Below, one piece after another: positions 50,855-61,813 of a DNA stretch of 64,000 nucleotides. Position numbers and translations under genes: made by a program. Below the pieces are notes generated by a model, which saw only the letters and a list, made by a program, of their open reading frames with translations, searched no databases and was not told the origin of the DNA. The stretch is from Corallochytrium limacisporum Hawaii. Lineage: Eukaryota; Protista; Pluriformea. Position 1 is the first letter of the stretch. Each line of letters begins with the position of its first letter. Where the stretch lies: NCBI GenBank assembly GCA_002811645.1, contig PDIP01000088.1, positions 1 to 64,000 of the forward strand, written 5' to 3'.

Positions 50855-53146
50855 ATGACTACACTAAGTGAAAATCAACACAAATCTGGATCAGTCGCTA
50901 ACAATGAAGCCAGGGCACGGGCAAGTCACGGTGCCAAGGTTTTGGCGGACTTTGTCACAAAGAGCTGTGCAGCCCGGGCAAAAGGTGACGATAGTACCTA
51001 CACACAGTTAGTGAACCAAATGAAAGACCCAAACTTCCCATTGCAACGTAGAATCCGACTCCTGAGTGGCATGGCGTTATGTGTCAATGTCCTCTCCAAA
51101 GAAAACGAAGTATTGGTACTGGCTGCCCTACACCTGGCGGAATCAGGAGATTTCTACATGTCACAAGAATTTTTAGAAACGTACATGGGGTTTGTGCGTA
51201 GTTTACTATCCAGCCATGCAATTTTCCTGGATGGTGCTCTGCAGGTTCTAGTAACACGTTTCAAGGACTGGCCTAGTTCAGCGGGCACTTCCGAGCCAAG
51301 TCAGTCGGAAGAAGATGAAGTCCCGTCGACAAAGTTAAAGAAGACGAAGAGCGACATTGCCATCGTCGGGTCACATTGCGGACCCGAGGCTGCCAACATA
51401 GTCATGGTATTCCATAAGCAACTGGCAGAGTTGTTGCGCAGTGTGCCCCAGGGTCTGCGGCACGTCATGCCCATAATTTACCGGGAGTTTCCACATAAGC
51501 GGCGGGAGGTGGAGATTCATCGAAACTTTACTCGTCATTTGTTCTTTGTCGTTGAGCATTCACCGTATCTCACAAAGCAGATAATATCTTTGGTCATGGA
51601 GAAGGCCACAGCTATTGATGTGGAAATCAGACAGTTAGTAGCTGATGACGAAGATGAAGATGACGAGGAAGACGATGACGATGGGGAGGACGAAGAGGAG
51701 AAAGCGGACAGCATAGATCAAGAAGCGATCCCGCAAGATGGTCCAAATGTTGATGCTACCTTGCAGGATGACATGCAAAAGGACTTCGTGGACAAGGCAA
51801 ACGATGACGATCACAACGAAGAAAATAACAGTGAAGACTCTGATCGTGCTGGGGACATCAGTGATGATGAGGAATTAGCAGCTCGCGTGAAAGAAATGTC
51901 TGAGAAACTTGATGCGATCATGCTTGTTATGTTTGCGTTTGTAGAATCGTTATGGGACGCTGATAGTCATGAAGGCATGACTGATTCCGGCGTGCAGAAT
52001 TCCGTGGTCCAGAGGAAACGTCTCCAAGGCCTGGTGGCCCATCATCTTGGCTACAAACCGGCTAAACGGAATCCTGATCAGGTGCGTAAGGTGCAGGAAG
52101 CACTGGTGCACGCCTTTGAGAGTACTGTGCTCGCCACACACAAGACACGATTTGTACAGTTTGCTGTTTTCAATCTCGTAAGTGTGCAACACGATGCCTT
52201 GCATGAGCTCATCGAATTACTGATTTCAATTGGTCTAGGCCAGGGAGAGACCGGAAAACATGTCCATCGCTCCAATCTGGTCAAGCGAAACGCGGTGTCC
52301 TTCCTGGGGAGCCTCCTGTCGCGGTCCACTGCCGTCAACTCAGATACCTTGATTGAGACCCTGCGCCGCATGCGAAACTTTGCATACAATTATGTACAAG
52401 AACATGACTCTGCGGCCAGTCCATTGAACCCAGACATTCACCGGCATGCAGTGTTTTATTCTCTTTGCCAAAACATGTTCTATGTATTCTGTTTCCGCCA
52501 CGGAGATATACTCGGTCATCCAATGGGCAGAAACGTGTGTACTACAGGACTTGGCTTCCAGGGATTGATCAGCAGCAACCTGAACCCCCTTCGAGCGAGC
52601 CTAGAGAGCGTTGTCGATGAGTTTGCGCGCATTGCCAGTGATAAGTCGATTGCGTACTGCTACTCCATCATGGACCGCAATCGTCGCCACATTGCTGCCA
52701 GTGCGATGCAGAATGGGGCCAACGGTGAACAAAGCGAGTCCATACACATTGATCAGTACTTCCCTTTTGATCCGTACTACCTACGGCATTCGAAGAAATA
52801 TGTTCAAGCGGCGGGCTACCGCGAGTGGACCGAAGTGGCACCGGACCGAGCCACCGAGGAACACCCCAATAACCAGCATGTCACCCTCACACCTGATGGC
52901 CTCCTGAGCATTGCTAGTGGTAGTCAAATGGGATCTAAATGGTCCCCAAGCCCGCTCATGGGACCTTCTACGGATGCAGAACACATCCTTGCACAGCAGC
53001 TCGACAAGGACGGATTTACCCTCGATATGGGATTTGGTCAGTCCTTACAGAGTGACACCAGCGCAGACTTTGCCAATCATATTCGTCAGGTGATCAAGGA
53101 CCGCAAACGTAAGCGTAGCTCTCGCTTCAGCTTAACGGACGAGTAG
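50855..53146 (+). CDS. RRN3: RNA polymerase I initiation factor RRN3/TIF-IA
   Basis: Contains FPHKR, IDVEI plus an acidic loop, KLDAIM, VLATHKTRFVQF, FYSLCQ..FYVFCFRH, LNPLR and YFPFDPY.L. Confidence 0.95.
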   Translation: MTTLSENQHKSGSVANNEARARASHGAKVLADFVTKSCAARAKGDDSTYTQLVNQMKDPNFPLQRRIRLLSGMALCVNVLSKENEVLVLAALHLAESGDFYMSQEFLETYMGFVRSLLSSHAIFLDGALQVLVTRFKDWPSSAGTSEPSQSEEDEVPSTKLKKTKSDIAIVGSHCGPEAANIVMVFHKQLAELLRSVPQGLRHVMPIIYREFPHKRREVEIHRNFTRHLFFVVEHSPYLTKQIISLVMEKATAIDVEIRQLVADDEDEDDEEDDDDGEDEEEKADSIDQEAIPQDGPNVDATLQDDMQKDFVDKANDDDHNEENNSEDSDRAGDISDDEELAARVKEMSEKLDAIMLVMFAFVESLWDADSHEGMTDSGVQNSVVQRKRLQGLVAHHLGYKPAKRNPDQVRKVQEALVHAFESTVLATHKTRFVQFAVFNLVSVQHDALHELIELLISIGLGQGETGKHVHRSNLVKRNAVSFLGSLLSRSTAVNSDTLIETLRRMRNFAYNYVQEHDSAASPLNPDIHRHAVFYSLCQNMFYVFCFRHGDILGHPMGRNVCTTGLGFQGLISSNLNPLRASLESVVDEFARIASDKSIAYCYSIMDRNRRHIAASAMQNGANGEQSESIHIDQYFPFDPYYLRHSKKYVQAAGYREWTEVAPDRATEEHPNNQHVTLTPDGLLSIASGSQMGSKWSPSPLMGPSTDAEHILAQQLDKDGFTLDMGFGQSLQSDTSADFANHIRQVIKDRKRKRSSRFSLTDE

Positions 53147-54084
53147 ACATGGCATACTGCTACTGCGACAGCCACCTGTCCCATTGCCAGAGACCGTCAA
53201 ATAAAGTTAAAGAAAGTACCAGTAAAGCTACTGTCTGAGAACCGCGCATATTCGGAGTCCTTTTCCCGCCAAGGGCTTTGAGGCTCCCACTCTCACAATC
53301 TCCCGGTACCATCCCCCTCCCCCCCCCGCGGGGGTGCCTCCTTCTTTACTTTCACTATGATCTTGGTTGCTATGGCTCTGAAATTTCTATGGCTGAACTA
53401 CGGCCAGTATTTCAGGTAAAGAGTGCCCCACTGGAACCGAACGTCCCACCTCCCTCGCCACTAAAACATGAGCAGCACTGCCATTAGCGACCAAGGAGAC
53501 TCACTACCGTTCAGATTCTCATTCCGCCTCAATGTCCAACGTTCGGAGTGGAGGAACTCTCACTTGTGAATTTTGAGACCCTCTGCACAGCACCGCTATG
53601 TTCCCAGAGTCTGCTTAGGGGCGACGGGTGGCGACCTGTTTCGCTACCAAAACCTTCCAACTCGTAAGTACGGTACTGAAACTATGACCAAGCACGAGTT
53701 GGGATGCTTCGGGTCTCCAACCACAAACAGTTGGGAGTGGGCCGGTGGGCCTGTTCCATACATAGTTATGCGGGAATGGCGTACTAAACAAGGTGGGTGT
53801 CTCCAGCAGTAAGCAAAAAACTGCGGGTCGATAGACAAGGGGAACGGGAAGACAAGGAGGGTCGGTCCGTAGACGGACGGGTCCGTCCTGTCCTACTGGT
53901 TGGGCCAAGAGACTCTACAGTCGTTGTTGCCATGTTCTTCAGTTAAGAAAGTTTACAGCTACAAGAGCAATCCATGTTTCACATGATAGCAAATCGGTAA
54001 CATGCAACTAAGAGATCTAGAGGATTGATTCCAAATTCCTTATAGGCGACAGAACACTTGCACTGGTTTGTCAGTCAGGCCAAG

Positions 54085-54444
54085 ATGTTGTTCGGTCAGA
54101 GTTCCATTGAAACACTGCCTTGTGAAGTTATTGCCATGATATGCGCTAACTTGGACCCAAATAGTATTGGTGAACTCTTTGCGGTGAACCATGCCTGGCG
54201 TGATCATCTTGAGGCCATTCTCACCACCCACTCTGGGCTGCGACTGCCAGGAATGGAGACATGCTTCAGGGACGGCCGTCTGACCCGAGAGAACTGGCAG
54301 AACTTTGTCATTGCCAATGCCAAGCGGGCGCGACAATGGCAGGAGGGTAGCTTTCGGAATATGAACATGCGTCCCGAAGAACGGTGCATGGCAATAATGA
54401 CAGTGGAAGAGTGGGGTAACGTCCTGGAGACTTACTGCTCTTGA
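54085..54444 (+). CDS. Small F-box-only protein (119 aa), or truncated F-box gene
   Basis: IETLPCEVIAMICANLDPNSIGELFAVNHAWR is a canonical F-box start. No substrate-binding domain follows. Confidence 0.65.
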   Translation: MLFGQSSIETLPCEVIAMICANLDPNSIGELFAVNHAWRDHLEAILTTHSGLRLPGMETCFRDGRLTRENWQNFVIANAKRARQWQEGSFRNMNMRPEERCMAIMTVEEWGNVLETYCS

Positions 54445-54682
54445 GCCAGTGGTGATCTAAATCTGTAACGCAACTCGGAACCAACTACTATTAAAGAATT
54501 AATGAACAAATTTGATTTTCTTTTCATGTGTAACTCTTACGGATGTATTCTTGGAATAGTCTTAATACACAAATGACATGCTTTAAAGGATGGGTAGGAT
54601 TATGACGGGGAACTGCTCGTTAGAATAAGATTCTAGCCCCAGGCGGTTTGGACTGACCAAGCTCAGGCTGAAACCACGCATC

Positions 54683-56332
54683 TTAGTCCTCATCCCAATT
54701 AGTGTTCTGCTTTACCTTGGGGCCTCCTGCCTTCTTGGCCATGATAATTTGGTCGACACGTAGTACAGTGCTGGCAGCCTGATGGGCCAAACGCAGACCG
54801 TGGCTCTTCATGACCAGCAGATCCATGATTCCCTTCTCCTTGGCGTCCACCAGGGTACCCGCCTGTTCAGCCTCCACATCAAAGCCATCGTTTACACGAC
54901 CACCGCTATGGGCCGCGTACAGATTAGAGATAACCTCTGTGGCGTTAGCACCGCTGTTCTCCGCCAGAATACGGGGTACAACCTCAAATGCCTCACCAAA
55001 CTTCTTCACGGCATACTGATCCAGTCCGGGGCGAGTCTCACCGTACTCCTGTAGCAGACGTCCCAGCTCAATTTCGCTGGCACCGGCACCTGCCAGCATC
55101 CGGCCATCCCTGGCCAGCTGCTTGTAGGTGTTTACAGCGGCGTCGATGGCACGTTCGACATCATCCATCAAGTTCAGTGTGCTTCCCCGAACCACAATAG
55201 TGGCCACCTGAGACACGTGAGACTCCTTCTTCTGGCGGAAGACGACGCAGCGATTGTTGCCAATCTCCATAACCTCAGCACGATGTACGGTACCAATTTC
55301 TTCGGCCATAGGCTTACCAAAGCGGGACAGAGGAGTGGCACCGGTGGCACGGCAGAGACGCCGGAGGTCAAACTTGGACAGGATCTTGACTACCATAATC
55401 CCGTGGTGGTTCAGGTAGTGCAGAGCTAGTTCACCGACTGCACTACCACAGACAACAATCTTCACACCAGCATCAGAGACTTCCTTGATCATCTGCTCCA
55501 TTTGCTTCTCCTCACCCTTGGAGAATTCGGTCAGTTCGGCAGCGTTCTTAATCAAAACGGTGCCTTTGGTCTCAGTCTTGGCGCTGTCAATGCCACAAGT
55601 GAAGACAGCAATCTTGGCATCGTCGACATGTGTGACGGTTCCCTCTGGTTCACGGTTGAAGAGCATACCAGAAACCCACTGGGTGCCGTGAACGCTTTGT
55701 CCCAGGATCTTGACTATCCGAATGTTGTCCACGTCGAAGCTGGTGACCTTCTTGGGCAGCACACTGATGCAAGCCTCAGCAATGACTGGGGTGAGGAAAT
55801 CATGGAAACCGTACTGCCGACTGCCCACTGTGGTCATAAGGGCCTTCGTGACTTTTTCCACACTTTCGAGGTCTCCCTGTGCCAGAGTGTCGACCACAAG
55901 TTTCTCCATGAGCTCTTGGCATTTGGCCTCGGCCACATCGAAACCCGTGATGATGTCAGCAGGAGGCACACCCATGATGATGAGTTCCTTTGCCATTGAA
56001 AGGAGTTCGCCGGCAAAGATCATTGTGAAATTGGTGCCGTCGCCCATCTCAGCCTTCTGCATCTGAGAGGCCATGACAAGCAGCTTGGCGGCGGGGTGTT
56101 CCACTTCCAGTTCCATGAGAATAGTGGCAGCGTCATTTGTCACAAAGAGCTTCTCCAAATGGTTGATTACCATCTTGTTCATACCATTCGGTCCCAGAGA
56201 GGTTCGCACAAGGTTGACCATCTCGGCACAGGCCTCAATGTTGCGGATGACAGCCTCATCAAGTCCACTAAGGTAATTGCTACCCTCCTTCATCATCGAG
56301 CGGACGCCCGAGTTAGGAATGCGCATAGCCAT
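54683..56332 (-). CDS. CCT8: Chaperonin CCT subunit theta
   Basis: Contains RTSLGPNGMNKMVINHLEKLFVTNDAATI, GDGTNF, TETKGTVLI, SKFDLRRLC and VDQIIMAKKAGGPK. Confidence 0.99.
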   Translation of the reverse strand: MAMRIPNSGVRSMMKEGSNYLSGLDEAVIRNIEACAEMVNLVRTSLGPNGMNKMVINHLEKLFVTNDAATILMELEVEHPAAKLLVMASQMQKAEMGDGTNFTMIFAGELLSMAKELIIMGVPPADIITGFDVAEAKCQELMEKLVVDTLAQGDLESVEKVTKALMTTVGSRQYGFHDFLTPVIAEACISVLPKKVTSFDVDNIRIVKILGQSVHGTQWVSGMLFNREPEGTVTHVDDAKIAVFTCGIDSAKTETKGTVLIKNAAELTEFSKGEEKQMEQMIKEVSDAGVKIVVCGSAVGELALHYLNHHGIMVVKILSKFDLRRLCRATGATPLSRFGKPMAEEIGTVHRAEVMEIGNNRCVVFRQKKESHVSQVATIVVRGSTLNLMDDVERAIDAAVNTYKQLARDGRMLAGAGASEIELGRLLQEYGETRPGLDQYAVKKFGEAFEVVPRILAENSGANATEVISNLYAAHSGGRVNDGFDVEAEQAGTLVDAKEKGIMDLLVMKSHGLRLAHQAASTVLRVDQIIMAKKAGGPKVKQNTNWDED

Positions 56333-57290
56333 GGTGAATGAATTATGTATTGCTAAAGTTCAAAACGGTTGGGTGTATCCTATTCCTATTGATCAAACGG
56401 AGAACCAAACGTACTTTGAACACCCGAATGAAACAAACTATTGTACACACAAGCAAAACCCTGTGGTGGTCCATTTCAGCGTGATTTTTTCTCCAAGTAC
56501 CTCTCATACGGTGCGCTCGACAGATGAGGTAAACTTGAACCTCACTAGGAATCTCTCGCACGCTAATGGCTGGAATGTGTGCCACAGCAAAACTTGCTCT
56601 TCTACAGTCTACGGGGGGTGACAAACGCAAAGCGCGCGGTTTCCAAAGAGAAAACAGCCACAGCCAACGCCGATTGGACCTGCGCTCTGTGTGTGGTGTG
56701 TGCATGACTGGCTGACGACCGGCATCCGAACACACACAGTCCGTCGCCAACACACGCGCCCTTTTTATCCGCTTTGTTCCTCTGTCGTGTGAGAGAGTGG
56801 TTGAAAAACAGCCACTAAAGTTGAGTGCGTTGAGATGGGTTCATTGGCTATACAACGATCGCCTGGTCACATGCCCCACCTGCCCTGCTCTTCGCCTCCG
56901 CACACTGGGACTGAACGGACGCTTGTGTTGCTTCTTTATTTTTTCTTTTGGCTTTTGCGCCGCTGGCCGTGTGCAGCAGAAAAGGAGGGAGGGGGCGCCT
57001 GCTGCTCCCCAGCGGTTGCCAACCACGGACTCTGGCTTGTATTGGCTTTGTGTTTGCTCTTGGGCTTTTTGCTTTTTCTCCGGCGTCCCTACACACAGCA
57101 CGGGGAGGAGCGGAAGAGAGTGAGGGAAGAAAAAAGCAGGCAGTTCCCGTGTCCCCCCCCCCACCAGGGGCGAAGGGAGCACAGAATTTGATCGGGAAGG
57201 AATTGGGGAGCGCATTCGAAGGCAGGAGAGGGCGCACAGCTGCGCGGCTCCGGCCCCCCCCCCCCCCCGGGGGGGGGGGGGGGAGAGAGG

Positions 57291-57369
57291 GGTGCGAGGG
57301 CAGGGGGTTAGTTTCCTGCCCAACTCGAAATCAGCAGCTAGCCAGCACACCCGAAGAGGGGGCCCGGCA
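57291..57369 (+). repeat. 79 bp dispersed element, copy 2
   Basis: Identical to 21778-21856; ends at the N gap. Confidence 0.9.
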
Positions 57370-57476
57370 NNNNNNNNNNNNNNNNNNNNNNNNNNNNNNN
57401 NNNNNNNNNNNNNNNNNNNNNNNNNNNNNNNNNNNNNNNNNNNNNNNNNNNNNNNNNNNNNNNNNNNNNNNNNNNN
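57370..57476. other. Assembly gap
   Basis: N run. Confidence 1.
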
Positions 57477-58032
57477 GCATTCGAAGGCAGGAGAGGGCGC
57501 ACAGCCGCGCGGCCCCGGCCCCCCCCCCCCCGGGGGGGGGTTGGGCGTTTCCCTGTCTGTTTAGCGGCATCTCTCGCTAGAAGAAAGCACAAATTTGGGC
57601 GAAGTCTCGTCGGAGTATATCAAAATCGGGACGCATCGGAAACCGAGTTCTCCATACATTAACTGGGGAAGGGTGTGGAGGGTTTGTCTTACTTTCAGTA
57701 TTGCCACGCTCTCTACCTTTCCTGCGCGATGTCGTCCGGACTTGGCGCGCGGGGACGTCTAAACTGGACCTACTCGACCCCTCGGTTCATTCGGCTTGGG
57801 ACATCACAAAACGCTACTTCAGTCGAGATTCGATGTGTGCGATCTCTTGGATGGAAATTGGTTGCCAGTGATGAGTAAAAGAACAGAATCTGGACCGAAA
57901 AACAACCAAGGACTGTCCATCTCTGAAGCACAGATTAGAAGAATGGTGTGAGGAAGACTGGGAGGGCGGATCTGTTCGTCCGATGAAAAGACATACAAGC
58001 AAGTCTGCGCTACGAATACGTTCAACACCAAG

Positions 58033-60477
58033 ATGCGACCACAGATAGCATGGAAGCTTCAAGAGTTCATGGCTCATACAGAGCCAGTGAATTGCATGAC
58101 CCTGGGACCCAAGTCAGGAAAGATCATGGCTACTGGTGGAGAAGACAAAAAGGTGAAGATCTGGACATTGAATAAGCCCGAACCGCTTCTCAGTCTGACA
58201 GGACATTCCAACCCAGTCGTATGCGTAGCATTTGATACTGCAGAAGAGCTTACGCTGGCAGGATCATGGAGCGGTACACTACGATTGTGGGAACTGGAGA
58301 CGAGCAAAGTCTTGCGGACGCTTCCGGGACACAAGGCCTCAATTGGCTCGGTGGTCTTCCATCCGTACGGCGACTTTTTTGCTAGCGGCAGCGATGACGC
58401 ACAGCTCAAGGTGTGGGATATTCGGCGCAAGGGTTGCATTCAAACGTATCGTGGTCACGACGGACCCATTACAAGTCTTCAATTCTCCCCAGACGGTCGG
58501 TGGGTTATCAGTGCATCGGAGGACCACACAATGCGACTATGGGATCTGACGGCAGGCAAAGTACTAACCGTCTTCCAGGAGCACACCGGACCTGTCACAT
58601 CCATCCGCTTTCACCCGGTGGAGTTTCTACTGGGCAGTGCGTCTGCGGATCGCACGGTTAAGCTCTGGGATCTGGAGACCTTTGCGTGTATTGGAAGCAG
58701 CGATGGCGAAAGTCACGGCGTTGACTGTCTGACTTTCCATCCATCAGGTTCAGCAGCCATGGCCGCGTCACGAGATGCGCTGCGAACCTACGGATGGGAA
58801 CCGAGTGTGACGTTTGACGCCGTGCATGTGCCGTGGGCTGGGGTGAAGGACATGACCGTGTTAAACGGCCAAGCCGTTGGGGTGGCTTGCCAGAGAGAGG
58901 TGGCTACCGTGTGGGTCGTCGATCTGAACAGAGTCAAACCATTTGGGACAAGTGGAGAAGCTGTGGATGAGGCAGAGGAACAGCGGACCCGGGCCGAGGC
59001 AGATCCACGAGTGCCCACCGGCGATATGGTTTCGGAGCTATCGATTCATGGGGCTGAAGTGCCACAGACAGCGCAGGCGTCGTCTACAAGAACAGCCACA
59101 ATCACTATTCCCATTCGACGGTACAGTTTCGCAGAGGAGGACAGTGTGGATGGTGACAACAACGCGGCATCTGTTAAGGTTTCGGATGCTTTTTCACAGG
59201 AACAGGTCAAGTACACGGATGGTCGACCGCGGACCTCGCAATTTGACACCGCCGCGCCTCGCTACCCTCGGCCCCCTGGTTTATCACCGGAGCGATGTGG
59301 AACGCGGCCCATAGGGTGCAGTACTACAGCAGTGAATTTACCGCAGTCATCAGATGGCGTTGTCGCTGCTGGTCTTGGTGATACGTACACACACGATGTC
59401 GATGTCGGCAGCACTGGCAACTTTCCCAGCAACTCCAAGCTGAACCGGACACCGACCGAAGCAGAATTGATGCGCGAGCTAGCTGGTGCACGGGCATCCC
59501 TAGAGGAGAGGCGTGAAAAAGCATCCGACGAAACAGAAAGCCCAGCGTCGGGCAACAAGGATCACAAGATGGGTAAGGGCAATAGTACTGATGGGCGGAC
59601 GGGCAAGGAAGCGGACGTGGGCACCTCGCAGGCACCAGGACTATCGCCGACAACAGTAGCAGCAGCCTCCAAACATTCTTTCCAGGACTCTACAAAGGAG
59701 AACGCCAGCGCGTCCACTGTGCCCAGCAACAGAATCAGCGCCCCCGGCCCCTTTTCACCGCCCAGGACGTTGGCTGGCTCCTCTCTGATGGACGACTACT
59801 CTGTCGCGCACCCGGGCGACGTCGTACCTGCAGATCGACACACACCGATTGGTCTGGCTGTCGATGACTTCATGCCGAAGCCGGGACAGATGAGCTACGA
59901 CGCTGTCCAAGAGACTGTTGATCTCAGTGCCTTGGACATGACTGGACTCGAGCTACAACTGGCACAGACACCCAAAATGCTGCAAGTGATGCAACAGCGC
60001 TTGCGCAATGTCTCAGCGGTGCGCCTGCTGTGGGCGGAAGGTAGGACGCGCGAGGCCGTCGAACTGCTTGCTGACATGAACGACATTGGCACAGCAGTTG
60101 ATGTGCTGAACATCTTGAACCTTAAGAAAAGTGCTTGGAACCTGGACATTGTGACTCTGGTGCTGCCGTTGGCGCAGGACCTGCTCGAATCGCAATTTGC
60201 AAGTCATCTGACAACTGCGTGTGGCAGCATCAAGCTTGTGCTGCGTTCATTTGGCCAACTGATCAAGGACATGCTGCCTCAGGCCATCTCAGCAGCATCT
60301 GCTGCCAAGAGCCCTGCAGGTATGGACATCGCTCGTGAAGAACGGGCTAAGAAATGCATGTTCTGCTACGAGCGTCTGCTGTCCTGCCGTCAACTACTGG
60401 AATCTTTACGGTCTTTGGATGGCCGGATTGGCGGGGTGATCCGCGAGACCCTACGTGCGTATGATCTGACGTTCTAA
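58033..60477 (+). CDS. KATNB1: Katanin p80 WD40 subunit B1
   Basis: Contains WKLQEFMAH, FHPYGDFFASGS, WDIRRKGCIQTY, FSPDGRW and WDLTAGK, plus a C-terminal con80 domain (WNLD, DIAREERAKKC). Confidence 0.97.
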   Translation: MRPQIAWKLQEFMAHTEPVNCMTLGPKSGKIMATGGEDKKVKIWTLNKPEPLLSLTGHSNPVVCVAFDTAEELTLAGSWSGTLRLWELETSKVLRTLPGHKASIGSVVFHPYGDFFASGSDDAQLKVWDIRRKGCIQTYRGHDGPITSLQFSPDGRWVISASEDHTMRLWDLTAGKVLTVFQEHTGPVTSIRFHPVEFLLGSASADRTVKLWDLETFACIGSSDGESHGVDCLTFHPSGSAAMAASRDALRTYGWEPSVTFDAVHVPWAGVKDMTVLNGQAVGVACQREVATVWVVDLNRVKPFGTSGEAVDEAEEQRTRAEADPRVPTGDMVSELSIHGAEVPQTAQASSTRTATITIPIRRYSFAEEDSVDGDNNAASVKVSDAFSQEQVKYTDGRPRTSQFDTAAPRYPRPPGLSPERCGTRPIGCSTTAVNLPQSSDGVVAAGLGDTYTHDVDVGSTGNFPSNSKLNRTPTEAELMRELAGARASLEERREKASDETESPASGNKDHKMGKGNSTDGRTGKEADVGTSQAPGLSPTTVAAASKHSFQDSTKENASASTVPSNRISAPGPFSPPRTLAGSSLMDDYSVAHPGDVVPADRHTPIGLAVDDFMPKPGQMSYDAVQETVDLSALDMTGLELQLAQTPKMLQVMQQRLRNVSAVRLLWAEGRTREAVELLADMNDIGTAVDVLNILNLKKSAWNLDIVTLVLPLAQDLLESQFASHLTTACGSIKLVLRSFGQLIKDMLPQAISAASAAKSPAGMDIAREERAKKCMFCYERLLSCRQLLESLRSLDGRIGGVIRETLRAYDLTF

Positions 60478-61211
60478 TACGAAAGCCATAGATCATTTTG
60501 TCACTCTAGCACACGCTCTACAGTCCCGTCCAACACGCCGAAGACCCGAAAGCCTTGTTGTTTTACTTGAGTTTCGGGCCACACGTAGAAAGCTCAATGG
60601 CCCCTGGGGGGATAAAGACCATATTTTTTGATTGTTCAAAATCATACAATCAATCAAATATATAATTAATCATACTCACCCATGATTGGATTTATTCCCC
60701 GAGGAGATCGAATGTCGCAGGGGAAGCAAATGGAAAAATGATACCCCTCAGCAGAGAAAAAAAAATAACACAGACACACGCAGAGAGAAGAAGTGTCGAA
60801 AAAAGCGGAGTTTCCCCCTCCCTCTCCCGCGGGCTCTCCCCGCTCTTCCCGCCCGGGGGGGGGGGTGGCCTGAGCCCGTCTGTTCACAGAGTGAAGTGTG
60901 TGGGCTTGGGGAACGCACACGGCGTAGATTTCTAACTTTTGATCCCTCAGAAGCACCGGTCTTTTCTGTCCTCTCTCTCTCTCTTCCTTCTTGCTTTTTT
61001 TTTAAATTCCTTTGCCATAGACACCGGCCAGATTAGACAGTCGGAACATAGAGGCGATGAAGGACGCAAAGAAAACGAAATATTCTTTGACCACCTCGGC
61101 AGCACCCACCAGAAAACCACCTCTTGCATACGGCATTGGATTTGTGTACCAAAACCCATTCTCCTCTGGTGGATAAACTGTCTCTAACTACGCCCCCCCC
61201 CCTCCCCCCGG

Positions 61212-61230
61212 GTGTGTGTGTGTGTGTGTG
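61212..61230. repeat. (GT)n microsatellite after a C-run
   Basis: Direct reading. Confidence 0.9.
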
Positions 61231-61813
61231 GTGGAGCTCAGGCAAACACGCAAGCGTTTAGGAAGAAGGGTTCCTGCCGGAGATTGTGAAGTGCAAGATA
61301 GATAAAGCATTGATTTCGGCCCGAAACTATGACACGATGAGGTGATCTCCCTATACGGCTTCCACATGCTACACAAAACCGTGTTAGTGCACGCATGAAA
61401 AGTGTCAAATAAAGTAAGGATGATCAAGATCAATACGATGATGCTATGATGTCTATGTAAAAGCAATAGTGGTCATAAATATGTGCACAATTAAAAATCA
61501 AAATTGAAGATAAGGTGGAACTTTCGGTGTGAGTCGGGGCTGCAGGTCTCTTCGACTCACGGCAGCCCTCGGTTGCCTCGTACCCTTATTGCGTATAATA
61601 TGGCACGCAGTGCGGTCAAGAGCGGAAGCCATTCGATAATTTGAGTCCGAACAAAACTCATGTAGGCATCTAATTGCCCAAAGAACAGTCCTGAATCTAG
61701 TCAGGTCGGACTGTTTGGCATAGAATAGACGTTTGGCCCACCTCACGTATTCTGATCCGAGGGATCAGACGAGAGTGAAACCCATCAGAAGATCGAAATC
61801 TTTCTCAATTTCT

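Larger units (their letters stand above)
57212..57540 (+). repeat. About 65-70 bp near-duplicate on both sides of a gap
   Basis: GCATTCGAAGGCAGGAGAGGGCGCACAGC...CnGn occurs at 57212 and 57477 with two substitutions. Probably an assembly overlap or allelic copy. Confidence 0.8.

Noticed and set aside
57212-57540. Tandem duplication as a real repeat or target-site duplication
   Set aside because: It flanks an N gap and ends at the same CnGn tract, which is typical of an unmerged contig overlap.
6421-60477. Functional clustering (POC5/TBCE/CCT8/KATNB1; XPA-like/SWSAP1-like/Apollo; RPS7/PWP2/RRN3)
   Set aside because: The genes are interspersed with unrelated ones and the categories are large. 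Only CCT8-KATNB1 share an upstream interval. Not distinguishable from chance here.
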